DNA from: Eledone cirrhosa
Taxonomy: Eukaryota
Direction: 5' to 3'
Assembly: GCA_964016885.1 (NCBI GenBank)
Contig: OZ024741.1
Location: forward strand, 115,258,001 to 115,322,000
Length of the DNA: 64,000 bases
The notes below the pieces were generated by a model, which saw only the letters and a list, made by a program, of their open reading frames with translations, was not told where the DNA came from and searched no databases. A program made the translations under genes and the position numbers. Below are positions 1 to 13,168 of the stretch, piece after piece; the first letter of the stretch is position 1, and every line of letters starts with the position of its first letter.

Positions 1-3000
1 TGAAAACAATGAGATCGTAAATGATAAAGAAATGAATGAGAATGAACTTGCCAACTTGAAGGATGAAATTATCATCGAATGGATGAAAATGAAAGAATCT
101 GACATGGGGGAACGAGACACCCTCCCTAAGATCCAGAACTCCAAACAGAACCAAAAGATAATACACAAGACTAACATAATTATCAAAAACATTATCATCA
201 CAAACAAACTAAACGTTACTGATTTAAATCATCTCTATTATGCATCGGCTTAAGTCACCACACACTTATGTGGAGTGAAGATGAAAAAACAAAGAAATTC
301 CCACAAGAAATCTACTTGGCAAGAGAACATCAATCGTCAAATAAACCTTCTCCGATCTGACATAGAACATTTAAAAAACTATAAAGTAGGTGAACATGTT
401 AAACAAAGTAAACTTAGAAAATTGAAAAAAAAGTACAGTATAAAACCAACAAGTGACATAGACATGCTGATAGAAACAATCAAGCAAAAAGTGTCGGGCA
501 AAGCTGCTCGTATAAAGCACTTGGAAAAACGATCTAGATTCTATAAGGACAATAATATGTTCAAAACCAACCAAAGAAACTTCTACAGAAAAATTGGTAA
601 GTCAACAATAACTGCTAAATCAATACCACCCAAGGAGGAAGTGCAAGAATTCTGGGAAAAGATCTGGGCCGAAGAAAAAGTTCATAATATACATGCACCA
701 TGGATAGACAGACAAATGAAAGATACAGCTCCCCTTGAGGAACAAATACGGGAAAATATAACAGTTGAACAGTTGCGTTTGGCTCTAAGAAAAACCAGCA
801 AATGGAAATCCCCAGGAAAAGACAAAATACAAAATCTTTGGATAAATGCCTTCACAGAGTCTCATGAGCTGTTAGCCCAACTTTACAATGAAATAGTTAA
901 GGAGCCAGAAAAGATACCATCATGGCTAGTTAACGGCATTACATTCCTGCTTCCGAAGAATGATGAGACAAACAATCCCAAAAGTTACAGACCGATAACT
1001 TGCTTGATCACAATGTATAACATTTTAACATTACTCCTAACTGAATATACATATGACCACCTGATAATAAATGACCTATTTCCCATTGAGCAGAAAGGGT
1101 GTAAACGAGGCTCATATGGCTGTAAGGATCAGCTTTTGGCTAACAAATTGATACTGGAAGAGTGTCATAATAGGCACAAAAATCTATCGATTGCTTGGAT
1201 AGATTATAAAAAAGCATTCGATAGTTTGCCACACAGTTGGATTGTAAAATGTTTAGAGATTTTCATAATATCCCCCGTTGTCGGGAGGTTTTTGTCATTC
1301 AGTATGAAGACATGGAAAACGACACTCCTTTTGAATAGTGAAACAAAATCACTGGAAGCTGGAGAAGTTAATATTAATTGTGGAATTTTTCAGGGTGACT
1401 CTTTATCACCGCTTTTATTCTGCATCGCACTTATACCATTAAGTAAAATGCTCAATGAAACAAAACATGGATATAAAGTCTATGACAAAACCATTAATCA
1501 CTTGGTCTACATGGATGACCTGAAACTATTTGCAAAAAATGATGAACAATTGCAAGGGCTATTATCCACTGTGGAGCAGTTCAGTGATGACATTAAAATG
1601 GAGTTTGGACTAGATAAATGCGCCAAAGCAACGTCCACCAGAGGAAAACTGCTGAAAAGTTCAGACATTCAGGGAATGTGATAAGAGAACTTGATCAAGA
1701 GGAAACTTACAAATATCTAGGTGTTTGTGAAGGAGACGGAATCAAGCACGCGACAATGAGGGAAAGGATAATGAAGGAATGTTACCGCAGAGTAAGAGCA
1801 ATCTTAAGAACGGAATTGAATGCAAGGAATAGGATCGATGCCATAAACACGCTTGCCATACCAGTAGTAACCTACAGTTACAATGTCATCAACTGGTCAA
1901 GCCACAGATATCCGTAGGCTCGATACAAAAATTCAAAAATTCTTAACCATGCACAGAATGCATCACCCTAAGGCAGATACAGATAGAATATATCTCCCTA
2001 GGAAAGAAGGAGGACGTGGGTTAATCCAGTTAGACATTGCGTTGAAAACTGCAACAATTGGATTATCTACATATCTAAGGGAATTACATGATTGGATGAT
2101 CAAACTCGTTTTGAAATACGAAAGCATCAAAAGATCATACTCCATTACAAAAGATGCACAAAGATACAGTAATGGACTACAAATTTCAGAAGTCCCATTT
2201 ACTGCTGAAAGGGAAAACACAGAAAAAGCAAAGCAGGTAAAAGTAACTGCAAAGAAAGAACTGCTACAGAAACTGGCTAAGAAATGGCAAGAAAAGCCTC
2301 TGTATGGAAAATACCCAGAACGAGCTAACAATCCTGATGTTGACAAAACTTTAACCCATCAGTGGTTGGCATCCTCTGGACTGAAATGCGAGACTGAAGG
2401 ACTGATTATATCAGCACAAGATCAGTGTCTGCCAACAAAAAATTACCAAGCCAACATAATAAAAAATGGATGCAGCCCATTATGCCGTGTATGTAAAAAA
2501 CAACCAGAGACCATTGACCATATAATTTCAATGTGCAGTCCTATAGCTCCAACCGAATACCTAAACAGGCATGACAGAGCTGCACAATACATACATTGGA
2601 TAATGTGTAAGCATTTTGACCTGCCCCATAAAAAGAATTGGTGGGAGCATCAACCACCTCCCATACTTGAAAAAGATCACATCTAAATCTTGTGCAACTT
2701 TAGCATCGAAACAGACCGAAAAATAGATGCAAATAGACCTGATATAATATTGAAGGACTTTCAAAGGAGGGTATGCCTGCTAATTGATATGTCTGTTCCA
2801 ATAGACAAGAATGTATCTATAAAAACATTTGAAAAATTGAGCAAGTATAAGGACCTGGAGATAGAAATTGGAAAAATGTGGAAATTGAGAACTAAAACAA
2901 TACCAGAGGTTGTAGGCGCTCTAGGAATGATACCTAAGGGGTCTAATGATTACTTATCGCAAATCCCAGGAAACCCGCGTATAGAAGAAATACAAAAGAT

Positions 3001-3191
3001 AGTACTAATGGGAACTGCCCATATACTAAGGAAGATTCTGTCAATATAAGTACATCACAAGTCTAAACACTAAAGATGCATGTGTGAGTATGTATGTTCT
3101 TTCTTGAACATGGCGGACTTGTAGTGTCTTGAGGTCACTGGTTGTGACTTGGTGATAACTCGTATGAACATGAAGCAAGATAAATGCAGCT

Positions 3192-3192
<1 letters not shown>
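1..3192 (+). mobile_element. R4/Dong-clade non-LTR retrotransposon, family A copy 1 (5' end outside window, degraded)
   Basis: RT motifs (SPGKD, YRPITCL, WIDYKKAFDS, GIFQGDSLSPLLF, YMDD), CCHC (CRVC..H..C) and RLE motif (RPD..D..K..KY); 3' UTR ends directly in (AAT)n. Confidence 0.92.
275..3049 (+). pseudogene. RT-CCHC-RLE ORF of copy A1, disrupted
   Basis: ORF pieces 275-1681, 1618-1917, 1883-2686 and 2690-3049; frameshifts near 1670 and 1905 relative to copy A2; in-frame TAA at 2684-2686. Confidence 0.9.
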
Positions 3193-3193
<1 letters not shown>

Positions 3194-3233
<40 letters not shown>

Positions 3234-3269
3234 CTTTCTTTATTAACCACAAGGGTTTACATAAAGTAG

Positions 3270-3328
<59 letters not shown>
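3194..3328. repeat. (AAT)n target tracts interrupted by a 44-bp Tx1 3'-end fragment (3233-3276)
   Basis: Two AAT runs; the intervening sequence duplicates 3329-3372. Confidence 0.9.
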
Positions 3329-3329
<1 letters not shown>

Positions 3330-3572
3330 TTTTCTTTATTAACCACAAGGGTTTACATAAAGTAGACATTAAGGACAGTACAGGACAATACAGGACGGTA
3401 CAAATGGGCATTTCTGCGTGTAAAAAAAACAGCGGATGAAATAAAATAACAAAGAAAAATTCCCCAATAGGGGGGAGACTTCCGAGGGACATTTGTGGAG
3501 AAAGCCCATTAAAAGACCACAGTGGCCCTGACCACCAGGGCAAGTGCCCTCTCCCAGTTTTCCACCTTTAAT

Positions 3573-6500
3573 TTACAGACACATACTCAGAGAAGGCCCA
3601 TTCATTCGGGCCATACTTGCTTCTCTCACCCATCTTTCAACAAAATGCTGGGAAGAGAGCACTTCCCTCTCTACCCTGATTTTCCTTTTCAAATGAAATT
3701 TGAAAAAGTTAATCAGGGCATCCCCGAAGAGGTAAGTGCTCGTCTTCAGCCCTTTCAAACGTGTCCACCATACTATCTCTTTCGTCATGGCCACCAGACT
3801 GATAAAAACTGCCTGCCCTTCCCGGCTAAAGGAAGGGGGCGGGGCAATCCTCACGATGGACTCAGCTGATAGCTGGATCCGTCCTACACGTGACAGCAGG
3901 TGTTCGACATAAACACACAAGTCAGCAATGCTCGGACACTGGACGAGTGCGTGCAGGACGGTTTCGTCGCCCTGTGCGTATCTCGGACATGCCCGGCTGA
4001 CGGCACCTCCATGCCTGTAAAGTTTATCCCGAACTGGCAAAGCACCCCGGTAGCACTGCCAGGCCAGGGATTTCTGGAAGTTGTCCATAGGCCCCGGCCC
4101 GAAAGTCCTTCCGAAGAGATTGGCTAGTTGATTTTCGTCGACGCCTAGAGTTTCTCCAAGTACGTCGTCGCTCTTCCCCTCCACTAATCCCCTATAGAAC
4201 GCCAAGGTGGAGTTTCCACCGATCACATTGCCCGATTGGTCGAGGGCTGTGAGCGCCTGAAGACATTCCAGTCTCCAAGCGCTCCCTCTCGGTCTTCGCT
4301 TGACACAGGACTGCAGCTCCGTCAAGGAGACGAGCTGGGGAAAACGTGTCTAGCGAACGGCGACCACACCTGATCACCGTCGAGGAAGAGGTGGAGATGT
4401 CGTAGCCTGAGCGCGTGTCTGCGCATCATCAGCCACGGCATGCCCAGCCCTCCACGTAGCGGGTGTTGACAGCAGAGGACCGCCTGACCATCGGAGCGCA
4501 TCCCTTCCACAAGAAGCGAAAGAGCAAACGCTCCAGCGCAGTCAGGCGGGGCTTAGGACAAGGTACGACGGTCAGGCGGTAGTAGATGACGGACGCGATG
4601 TACGCGTTAGCCACCTCCGCTCGACCTTTCAGGGATAGCTTCCTCTCAGCCCATTTCTGGGTGAGAGAAGCCACCCTGCTCGTCACCTCGTCCCAGTTTT
4701 TGTCCGTCTGGAGGTCTGGACCGAACCAGACCCCTAGCAATTTAACCGGTCCGTCTGTCCAGCGCCCGACGACGCTGTTGGACGGCATGGACCTGTCTCT
4801 CCAGGTGCCGAGCTGCAGGCCCACTGACTTTTCCTGGTTGATCATTGCCCCTGTCACCGCTTCGTATTCTCTTAGTGTAGTGCCGATCGCCTCGATATGT
4901 TTGGCGTTCGACACCACTACGGTGACATCGTCGGCATATGCTGACACGGATCTTCCGCATCCTAGTTCGCGCGGGATCCCCCTCAACGTCTCTAGTTTGT
5001 GCAGTAATGGCTCGAGAGTCAATACGTACAATAGGGACGAGAGGGGACATCCTTGGCGGACCGAGAGCATGATGTTGAACGGTTCCGAAAGGTGACCGTT
5101 CACTCTCACTACAGAGCAGATGTTGCTGTGCATGGCAGCGATCCAGCCTCTGAAGACGGGCCCAAAGCCAGCCGCCCTCAGGACTGCCTCTAGGTAACGA
5201 TGGTCGACCCTATCGAAGGCTTTCGACTGATCTAAATTGATCAAAGACCCACCCGTGCCAGGTTCCCTAGCTACCCTCTCTACGATGTATCGCATGAGGT
5301 GGAGGTTGTCGTGGATGGATCTGTCGGGAATGGCGCATGTCTGTGCCTCTCCCACCAGACCATCAACGACAAGCGCCAACCTCTTTGCTAGCACCTTGGC
5401 CAAAATCTTGAACTCTGTGTTTAGCAGAGTTATGGGCCTAAAATTATCTATGTTATCCCCCTTGTTCGGATCCTTTCTCAGCAGCGCCACCGCTCCTCGG
5501 CTCACAGAGCTGGGAATTCTCCCGTTCTGTTGCCAGTTGCAGTAGACGTCCGCCAAGAGGCCTCCGAGCAAGTTTGGCATTTGTACGTAAAGTTCATAGG
5601 GCAGACCATCCAAACCAGGCGATTTACCCCTTGTGCAACTAGTCATTGCATCCCGTACTTCAGCGGTTGTTATCGGCTTTTCGCAACACTTCGCCTCAGT
5701 GGCCGAAAGCCGCGGCAGTCCGTCGAGGTAGACCCTAAAGTCCATCCCTCGATCCGGCCCGCCACTGCCCCCGAACAGTTGAGCGAAGTGTCGCTGAAAA
5801 GCTTCACACATTTGCCCGGGATCGAGTAGCATGCGCCCGTCGTGGTCCACCAAAGACCGGATCGTGGCTTTGTTGCCACGACGCGCCTCCGCCACTCGGG
5901 CCCATTGAACGGCTTTCGTCCCCTCGTGTCTGAGAGCACGCAACCTAGCTCTGACAACGCAGCCTTCGTGCTTTGCATTGAAGAATTGGTCAAGGGCCAA
6001 TTTCGCCGCAAGTACGTCGGTCGCGATGCCTTTGCTAAGCGCCTCATCTAATTTTCTAACTAATTCTCCCTCTGCTCTATTTTTCTCTATTGCTAAAGTC
6101 TTACTAAACCTAATGGACTCTATTCTAATTGCTCTTTTCAGAGCAAACCACCACTTGTTGTTGACGATAGCCCCCGTCAACGCCCGCTTAACTAGTTCGC
6201 TAATCCGGTCTCTGTAGGCCTTGCGCGCTGGTAAGGACGCGTTTAGCTTCCAGTAGCCGGGTCCTCGTCTATGAAACCTATCTAAGTCAAGCACACAGAT
6301 CACGAATTTGTGGTCCGTGTAGCTGACTATCTTGAATTGTGGACAGCCTATGCTAGACCTATCTATTTCTGGATGACCCTATGCGATTTGTCCAAGTCCA
6401 CATTGGTACATTCGGGAAATCCATTCGGTACCTGTCAGACAGTTCAAAACGTCTGAGCAGGTTGGTGAGACTCTTGCACCCTCCTTCCCTATCTACTTAT

Positions 6501-6960
6501 CCCACACAATCCCAGCGTGCATCTAAGATCCCGTTCCAGTCGCCCACTAACACTAAAGTGCGGGACGTTCCAAGAAAGATCTCCAGACGCCGGAAGAAAT
6601 CAGACCGCCCTGCTCCTGTCGGGGCATAGACGGCCACTAACCTGAAAGCTTGGCCGTTTCCGCTGGTCACGTCCAGCACCACCAACTTACCTTCTGGGTC
6701 CAGGAAGATGGCCCGTATGGCAAGATCCAAACCTCTTCGAAAAAGCACAGCAACTCCTCCCCCCGATCCCGGACGGCTGGGAGATGCGTACACATCGTAG
6801 CCGCCGAAGATCGGTGCGAAAGCTGTGCTTCGGAGATTCAGGTCTCGCTGATGGCCACTACATCTATGTTTAGTGACCTGAGGTCGTTGAGCAGGTGGCC
6901 CTGCTTCCATGACGACCCCAAGCCACGCGCATTTATGCTGCCTATTCTGAGTGAGGTCAT
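3573..6960 (-). pseudogene. ORF2 (APE endonuclease-RT) of B1, frameshifted
   Basis: Collinear with intact 18708-22127; several 1-bp deletions and a deletion of about 30 bp at 6368 removing the SYLDR endonuclease motif. Confidence 0.9.
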
Positions 6961-6994
6961 GTTGAAAAGGAGTGGAAAAGATGGGAAAGACCAC

Positions 6995-8975
6995 TTACCC
7001 TACTTCTCGTAGGGGAAGGACGGTTTTTCCATCCTTTTCACTGCTTGTGGCCTCCTCAGGAAGGATGTCCTTATAAATCCTCCTGGAGAGTGCTTGTCGG
7101 AAGTCTCCGATGTCTTTGGGTAATTTTTGTTTTAGTGTCATGTACGTTTTCTGTGTGATGCGAGTGATTTGTATGTGTGGAGGTGGTGTGAATTTTGGGG
7201 TTGTTGTGTAGTCTTTTTCTGTGATGCTGGTGTTGTGTTGGATGTAGTGTAATAATTGCTTGTTGTTCAAATTTAATGCTGTGTAGTGTGTATCGTTTTG
7301 GTTGTTTTGTTTTGTTTGCGTTTGTTTCTGTTTTGCATTTTGGTGACTTTTGTGGTGTAGGTGATGGTGGTGTTGGAGTTAATGATGGTGATGGTGTTGG
7401 TGTTTGGGTTGATGGGGTTGGTGATGCTGGTGTGGATGGTGGCATATCTGTCCTAACTTTTTTGTTTCTTAATTTATTTGTTTCCCTCTGTATTTTGTTA
7501 TTGGAGGGGGGAGGAAGAGATTTTTTTCTTTTTTGGTTTCTTTTTTTTTTCCGGATACCGTTTCCCACTCCTCGTCGTCACAATCTGTCTCCAGTTGTCA
7601 TAGGCCGTGGAGTGGAAAATCCTCCACAGCCGTTAGTTTTGGTTGTGGTGTGGTGGATGGTGTAGGCGCTGGTGCTAGTTCTGAATCGTTGGGTGGTGGT
7701 GGTGTTGGTTTTGCTGGTAGTGGTAGTGGTGTTGGTTTTGCTACTGTTGCTTGGGTTGTTGCTGTTATAGTTGCTTCTGTTGTTGCTGCTGCAGTTGTTG
7801 CTGCCATCTCTGCTACTGGTGGTGTTGATGGTTGTGTCACTGGGGTGGGTAGGAGAGGTGGTCTCAACCTTTTAGCCTGAGGGCAAAAAGCCCTTAGGTG
7901 GGTTCCTTCACCACAAACGACACACCTAGGTCTTCTGCCCTCGACAATTACCGTGAGGTGGCTGCCGTCAGTGAGGTATATTACCTCTGGGATCTCCTCA
8001 ATGCTTTTTTGATCCGCTTGGATCAGGAGCTCCATCCCAGATCCGGACCAGTTTTCCTGCTTTTCTTTTGCTATTGCTATTATTTTCATGTTGGCTTCGA
8101 TGCCGGCGAGAACAGCCGCTATTAGCCAGGGAATTTTGATGGCCGGTGGAACGTGGGTCACCCTGATCTTTACGAGTCTCTGGCCACAATCGCTTGGGAC
8201 GAGTGTGAAGTCGTCACTTTTTAATGGGGCCATGGAGTGTTCTCTAGCCTCCTCTGGTGTTTCAAAGAACACATCCACGGTTCCATACTTTTGCCCACGT
8301 CTGATGTGGGTTTTTCTTGCCCACACATGTCCCAAAGCTTTTTGGATTTGGGACTCGGATGCCCGTTCCACTCGGCGCGATTTTACATTTATTGTTCTAT
8401 ACGACACAGTGCATAGGCGCCGATGCTCCATTTTATTAGGTGGGGGGTGAGGCTGACCCTGTACCCATCTTTCTTTACCATTTGTTTGACATTTTCTAAA
8501 TCCTCCTGAGTTACCGTAAATGCTTCGAACTGTTTTGCTACTATTGCAAAACTGAGCGTCGTTTTTATAATGTCATTGTTGTTGTTGTTGCTATCGTTAT
8601 TTGTGTTAATATAATTTTAGTTTCAGTTGTGGTGGTGGTGACGTCAGTCGTCTTTGGTGGGGAAGAGTCCATTTTGCTTGATTTCATTTCGACATCACGA
8701 GTTAATTTATTTTTTTCTTCTTTTGTTTCTGTTGTCGCGGTGGTGGTGGGGGTGGTGGTTGTCGCGGTGGTGGTGGTGGTGGAGGCTTTAACACCTGCAG
8801 TCATTGGTAATGGCGGGAAATGAATGTCTGCCTCAGACAAATTTAAAATATTGCTACTGCTTATATTTTTTTTTGTGTTGGCAAACGTAGTAACATTTAC
8901 AATGGTGGTGTCGGTGTGAGGTGTTATTTTGTGAGGAAGGCTTTCAGCTGCTTCGTGCAGAGGTGAATTAGCCAT
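6995..8975 (-). pseudogene. ORF1 of B1, frameshifted
   Basis: Pieces 8565-8975, 7598-8431 and 6995-7270 are homologous to D ORF1 (QIQKALG.VW.RKTHI.RG.KY.TVDV; CX2CX4HX4C). Confidence 0.85.
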
Positions 8976-9182
8976 TTTTTTCAAAGAAATTTTTTGATAA
9001 TAATAAAAGTTAAAATTTTGGGCACAAGGCCCCAATCTTTTTGGGTTACCTTTTCAGAAAACAATGTATGTGTGCTTATAAACAGTTAACAATAAAATTT
9101 TCCATAAATGACAATTTTTAACAAACGGAAATAACAAACCTTTGCGGAGCTCACGATGATACGATTTACTACGTAGGTCGCC

Positions 9183-9238
<56 letters not shown>
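9183..9238. repeat. (AAT)n tract
   Basis: Perfect trinucleotide run between B1 and the next element. Confidence 0.98.
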
Positions 9239-10130
9239 GGGAAGAAGACGCACGAGGTGGCGGAGGTCATGAAATCGCTCCCGTAAGTTTTGAATTTTTA
9301 ACATATTTAAATCATTTGTGAAATAACAACTCTTAGTACAAATGCTACGTAAAGCACCCGGCTTGAGCCCCAAAAAATTCGGACCCAAAATATATTGTTA
9401 TAAGGCCCAAATATTCAACTTTTTATTGTACACTGTATATCCAAAAAAGAAAATGGCTATAAATAGAAGAAGAACCCCCCTCCTCTCCTCTGTCTACACT
9501 ATATAGAACAGCCAAACTCACCAACACCAGAAACTAGATACACCACCCACCCCATCACCTGTGTACACTAAACACAACAGCCAGATAACGGCATTTTCAC
9601 CACCACCGCTCACTACGGCCATCATTACCACCATTATCCCATCACCGCCGCCACCACCCCTTCACTCTTTCACTGCTACCACCGCTACAGCACCATCACT
9701 ACAGTAATACGGTCACATCACCGCCACCACTGACTCGGTATCGACATCAACACCACCACTGTCTCAGTATCGCTACCGCCGCCAGTCACCCACTTCACCC
9801 AGCTGGCTGCTGCCACTACATTATAGAATCCCTACTGCTAAAAAAGAGGAAGGCATCAAAATATATAGATAGACTCAAAAGAAAAAAGAAAAAACAAACA
9901 ACAAAACCAAAGCAGCACAGCAACAACAGCAAAAAAACGAGAAAAACAAACAGAGAAAAACAAAAAAACAAATAAAAAAAAAAAACCCAAAACGTAAAGA
10001 AAATAAGAATGAAGAGAGAAGCAGGCGGACGGACAGAGAAGAGGGGGGAAAAACTAAAACTTAAAAAACAAAAACTAAGTCAGACATTCGAACACTACAT
10101 TACAATGAAACTTATGCTTATTCATTTTTG
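9239..10130 (+). other. Tx1-like 5'UTR and decayed ORF1-start segment preceding Dong copy C1
   Basis: Shares short motifs with B1/D 5'UTRs (CGGAGG..GCTC..GTAAG..AATTTTTAAC; GCCCAAA.TT.AACTTTTATT..AAAATGGCTA), followed by Thr/Pro codon-like ACC/CAC-rich sequence. Confidence 0.45.
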
Positions 10131-13100
10131 GGGCCCTTTCTGCCTGTGTGTTTGTTTGTTTATGTGTGTTCGTATACAGCGTGGTGATAATGCCACACAA
10201 GGGCCAAGTGGAATGGCGGATCCATAGATGGCTATGTAACCATACATTCGCCAATCCTCGATAAGAGTGTTTAAATATCGAACATAAACAGTTCGAATAA
10301 CGGTGAAATGGAGACTAGAACGTCATGTGACAGACTCTCACCCAACAGGTGTCCCCTGGCTCAGCAGCAGGAACCTGACTGTCAACCAAATACTGCTGAT
10401 GTTGGAGGAAGGAGAAGAAGGAAAGGGGCCAGAACCAACTGGACGAAAGAATTGAATAGAACTGTTATGCAATGTTACCTGAAAAGTAACCCCAAGGAGA
10501 GGGGCTACAGGAGACGGATGCATAACATCTGGAACGAGATTGGTTTATTTAAATTAGATGAACAAAAATTGGCCGGGCAGGCTCGGGTAATAAGAACTAA
10601 TGGGTAGATAAGCGAGCTGGAACTGGAGGAACTGAGCAGAGAGAATGGCTTGGAGATGGCGGGTGTAGTATGCCAGACAAGCGAGCCAGTGGGAAATGAA
10701 GGTGAAGAGGTCCTGAGAACGGAGGAACCACCCGAAGCAGACAATGATCTGAATACTGAGATAAATAATACCTGGAACAGAGATACGGCCACTGAGGAGA
10801 TGAATGCTGACGGGCTAGGACAAGATTCGGTTGACATCCTAAATTTAGTGGTAGATAAATTGAACAATGATAGTGGGAGACCTATGAACCTAAGATTTGT
10901 AGACAGGAAAAAGTTAAAAGAAACAACAGCTAAGGTAAACAAAGTCATCCCATAACTTGAGGCGAGGAGCCTTCACCAGTGCAACAATATCCTCAAAGCA
11001 ACAGCAAATACGGTGAGGAAACTACTTGGTATAAAAGCGAGAGGAAACAACAGACAAGAAAGAGCAGAGCCGTGGTGGAAGAAGCGACTGAGTGGGCAAA
11101 TCGGGGAAATGAGAAATGACATAGGAAAGCTTGAGTCACTACTGAATGGGACACTAAAAAACATAGGCACTAAAAATAGACTGGAAATAAAATACAAAAC
11201 TAGGAGGAAAAAGCTAAATATTATCATAGAGGAACTGAAGCAACGCATTGTAGCAAAGAGTGCAAAAATCAGGCGATACGAGAACAGAGTCAGTCAGTAT
11301 AAACAGAACCGCATGTTCGACAACAACCAGAAGATGCTGTTTGGACAGCTTGAGGGGAAAGAAAGAGGCAACGACTTGATCCCTGGGGCGGAGCAAACTA
11401 AAACATTCTGGAGAGGAATATGGGAGCAGGATGTTAGACATAATGTCCAGGCAGGGTGGATTGAGACAGTACAGAGGGAGATCGGTGAGCAGGCACAACA
11501 ACAAACTGATTTGAGTATCACAGTTGAAACTCTTAAGGGGCAGGCCAAAAAACTAACCAACTGGAAATCACCAGGCCCAGATGGTGTGCAGGGGTATTGG
11601 ATTAAACATTTAACATCCCTCCACCCGAAGCTGACGGCCATGTTCAATGACTGCTTGGTGTCGGGTGAGGTGCCAGAGTGGTTGACAAAAGGTACCACAG
11701 TTCTGATAATGAAAGACCGAATCAAGGGTAATGATGTTACCAAATATAGACCTATCACATGTCTGTCCGTAATGTGGAAACTGTTGACGAGCATTGTGTC
11801 TGAGGAAATCTACCATCACCTCCACACAAACAACTTGTTACCGGACGAACAGAAAGGATGCCGAAAGAAGTCACGTGGTACAAAGGACCAGTTACTTATT
11901 GATAAGATGGTAATGGGGAATTGCAGGAGGAGACACACTGATCTTGCCATGGGATGGATAGACTACAGAAAGGCATTTGACATGGTGCCTCATTCTTGGA
12001 TCACCAAAAGCCTGGAGATCTTCAGGATGGCAGATAACATCAGACAGTTGCTAGGCAGGAGTATGGGGTCCTGGGAGACAGAGTTGACATCAACTGGAGT
12101 ATCCTTGGGAAGCGTGAAGATCAAGAGAGGTATCTTCCAGGGAGATAGCCTGTCCCCTCTGTTGTTTGTCCTTGCCCTGATGCCCTTGACCATTATGCTG
12201 CGAAAAGTGAGAGCAGGATACAAGTTGGGAAGGGGAGAGCTTACCATCAATCACCTCCTCTTCATGGACGATCTTAAGCTCTTCGGGAAAAGTGAGAAGG
12301 AGTTGGATGTGCTTGTTGACACTGTCCGTATTTTCAGCAGTGATATATGTATGCAGTTTGGTATTGGTAAATGTGGAGTCTTTTTGATGAGGAGGGGTAG
12401 GTTGAGCAGAAGTAACGGGATCCAGATACCAACAGGTGAGATGATAAAGGAAATTGACTCTGAGGAAGGATACAAGTATTTGGGCGTTCTGGAGGCTGAT
12501 GGCATAAAGAACAAAAAAATGAAGGAATTGTTAAGAACTGAATACATTCGGAGAGTAAGGAGCGTATTGAAGTCACATCTGAACAGCAGAAATGCCATAA
12601 GCGCAGTAAATTCCCGAGCTGTGTCTATTATTAGGTACAGTGCGGGAATTCTGAGATGGAATGTTGCTGAACAAAAAGAAATGGATAGGAAGACTAGGAA
12701 GCTATTGACTATCTACAACATGTTCCACAAGAGGAGTGATGTCGATAGACTCTACCTAAGGAGATCTGAGGGTGGAAGAGGTCTTATCAGCATAGAGGAC
12801 TGTGTTCAGATGGAGAAAAACAACCTATACAAATACGTGACCTATAGTAAGGAGCCAATGCTCAGAACTGTACTGAAGGAGGGGACAGTAGGTCAGGGGA
12901 TGTCCAAGGAGGAAATAACATCAAGGAGGAAGAGCAGCCTTAAGGGAAAATCCCTTCATAGTACCTTCTTTGAGAAAACTGAATTTAGAGATCCACAGAC
13001 ATGGAACTGGTTGAGAAGAGGAGACCTCAAAAAGGCTACAGAAGGAATGCTAATGGCTGCGCAGGAGTAGGCCCTCAAAACGAAGTGGTTGAAGCACCAT

Positions 13101-13168
13101 ATTTACAAGGAGGAGGCTAGCCCACTGTGCAGGATCTGTGGAGAGAGAGAGGAGACTGTGGCTCACAT
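10130..13168 (+). mobile_element. R4/Dong-clade element, family C copy 1 (3' end deleted)
   Basis: One reading frame from 10308 with three point nonsense codons (10605, 10953, 13068); N-terminal WT..N...M.CY Myb-like region, RT, then broken within CCHC; near-identical to 27259-29680. Confidence 0.9.

Larger units (their letters stand above)
3329..9182 (-). mobile_element. Tx1/L1-clade two-ORF non-LTR retrotransposon, copy B1 (full length, inactivated)
   Basis: ORF1 with CVVCGEGTHLRAFC zinc knuckle; ORF2 with APE, RT (YADD) and C-terminal Cys motif; AATAAA near the 3' end; both ends abut (AAT/ATT)n. Confidence 0.92.

Noticed and set aside
4586-5545. Antisense ORFs within Tx1 ORF2 (also 19723-20682) and within Dong copies
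   Set aside because: Shadow frames that recur only because the elements are near-identical copies
10128-10260. Paired segments upstream of the Dong C ORF as a possible 5' ribozyme
   Set aside because: Helices exist (GGCCCTT/AAGGGCC, TGGCGGA/TTCGCCA) but no HDV or hammerhead core was found
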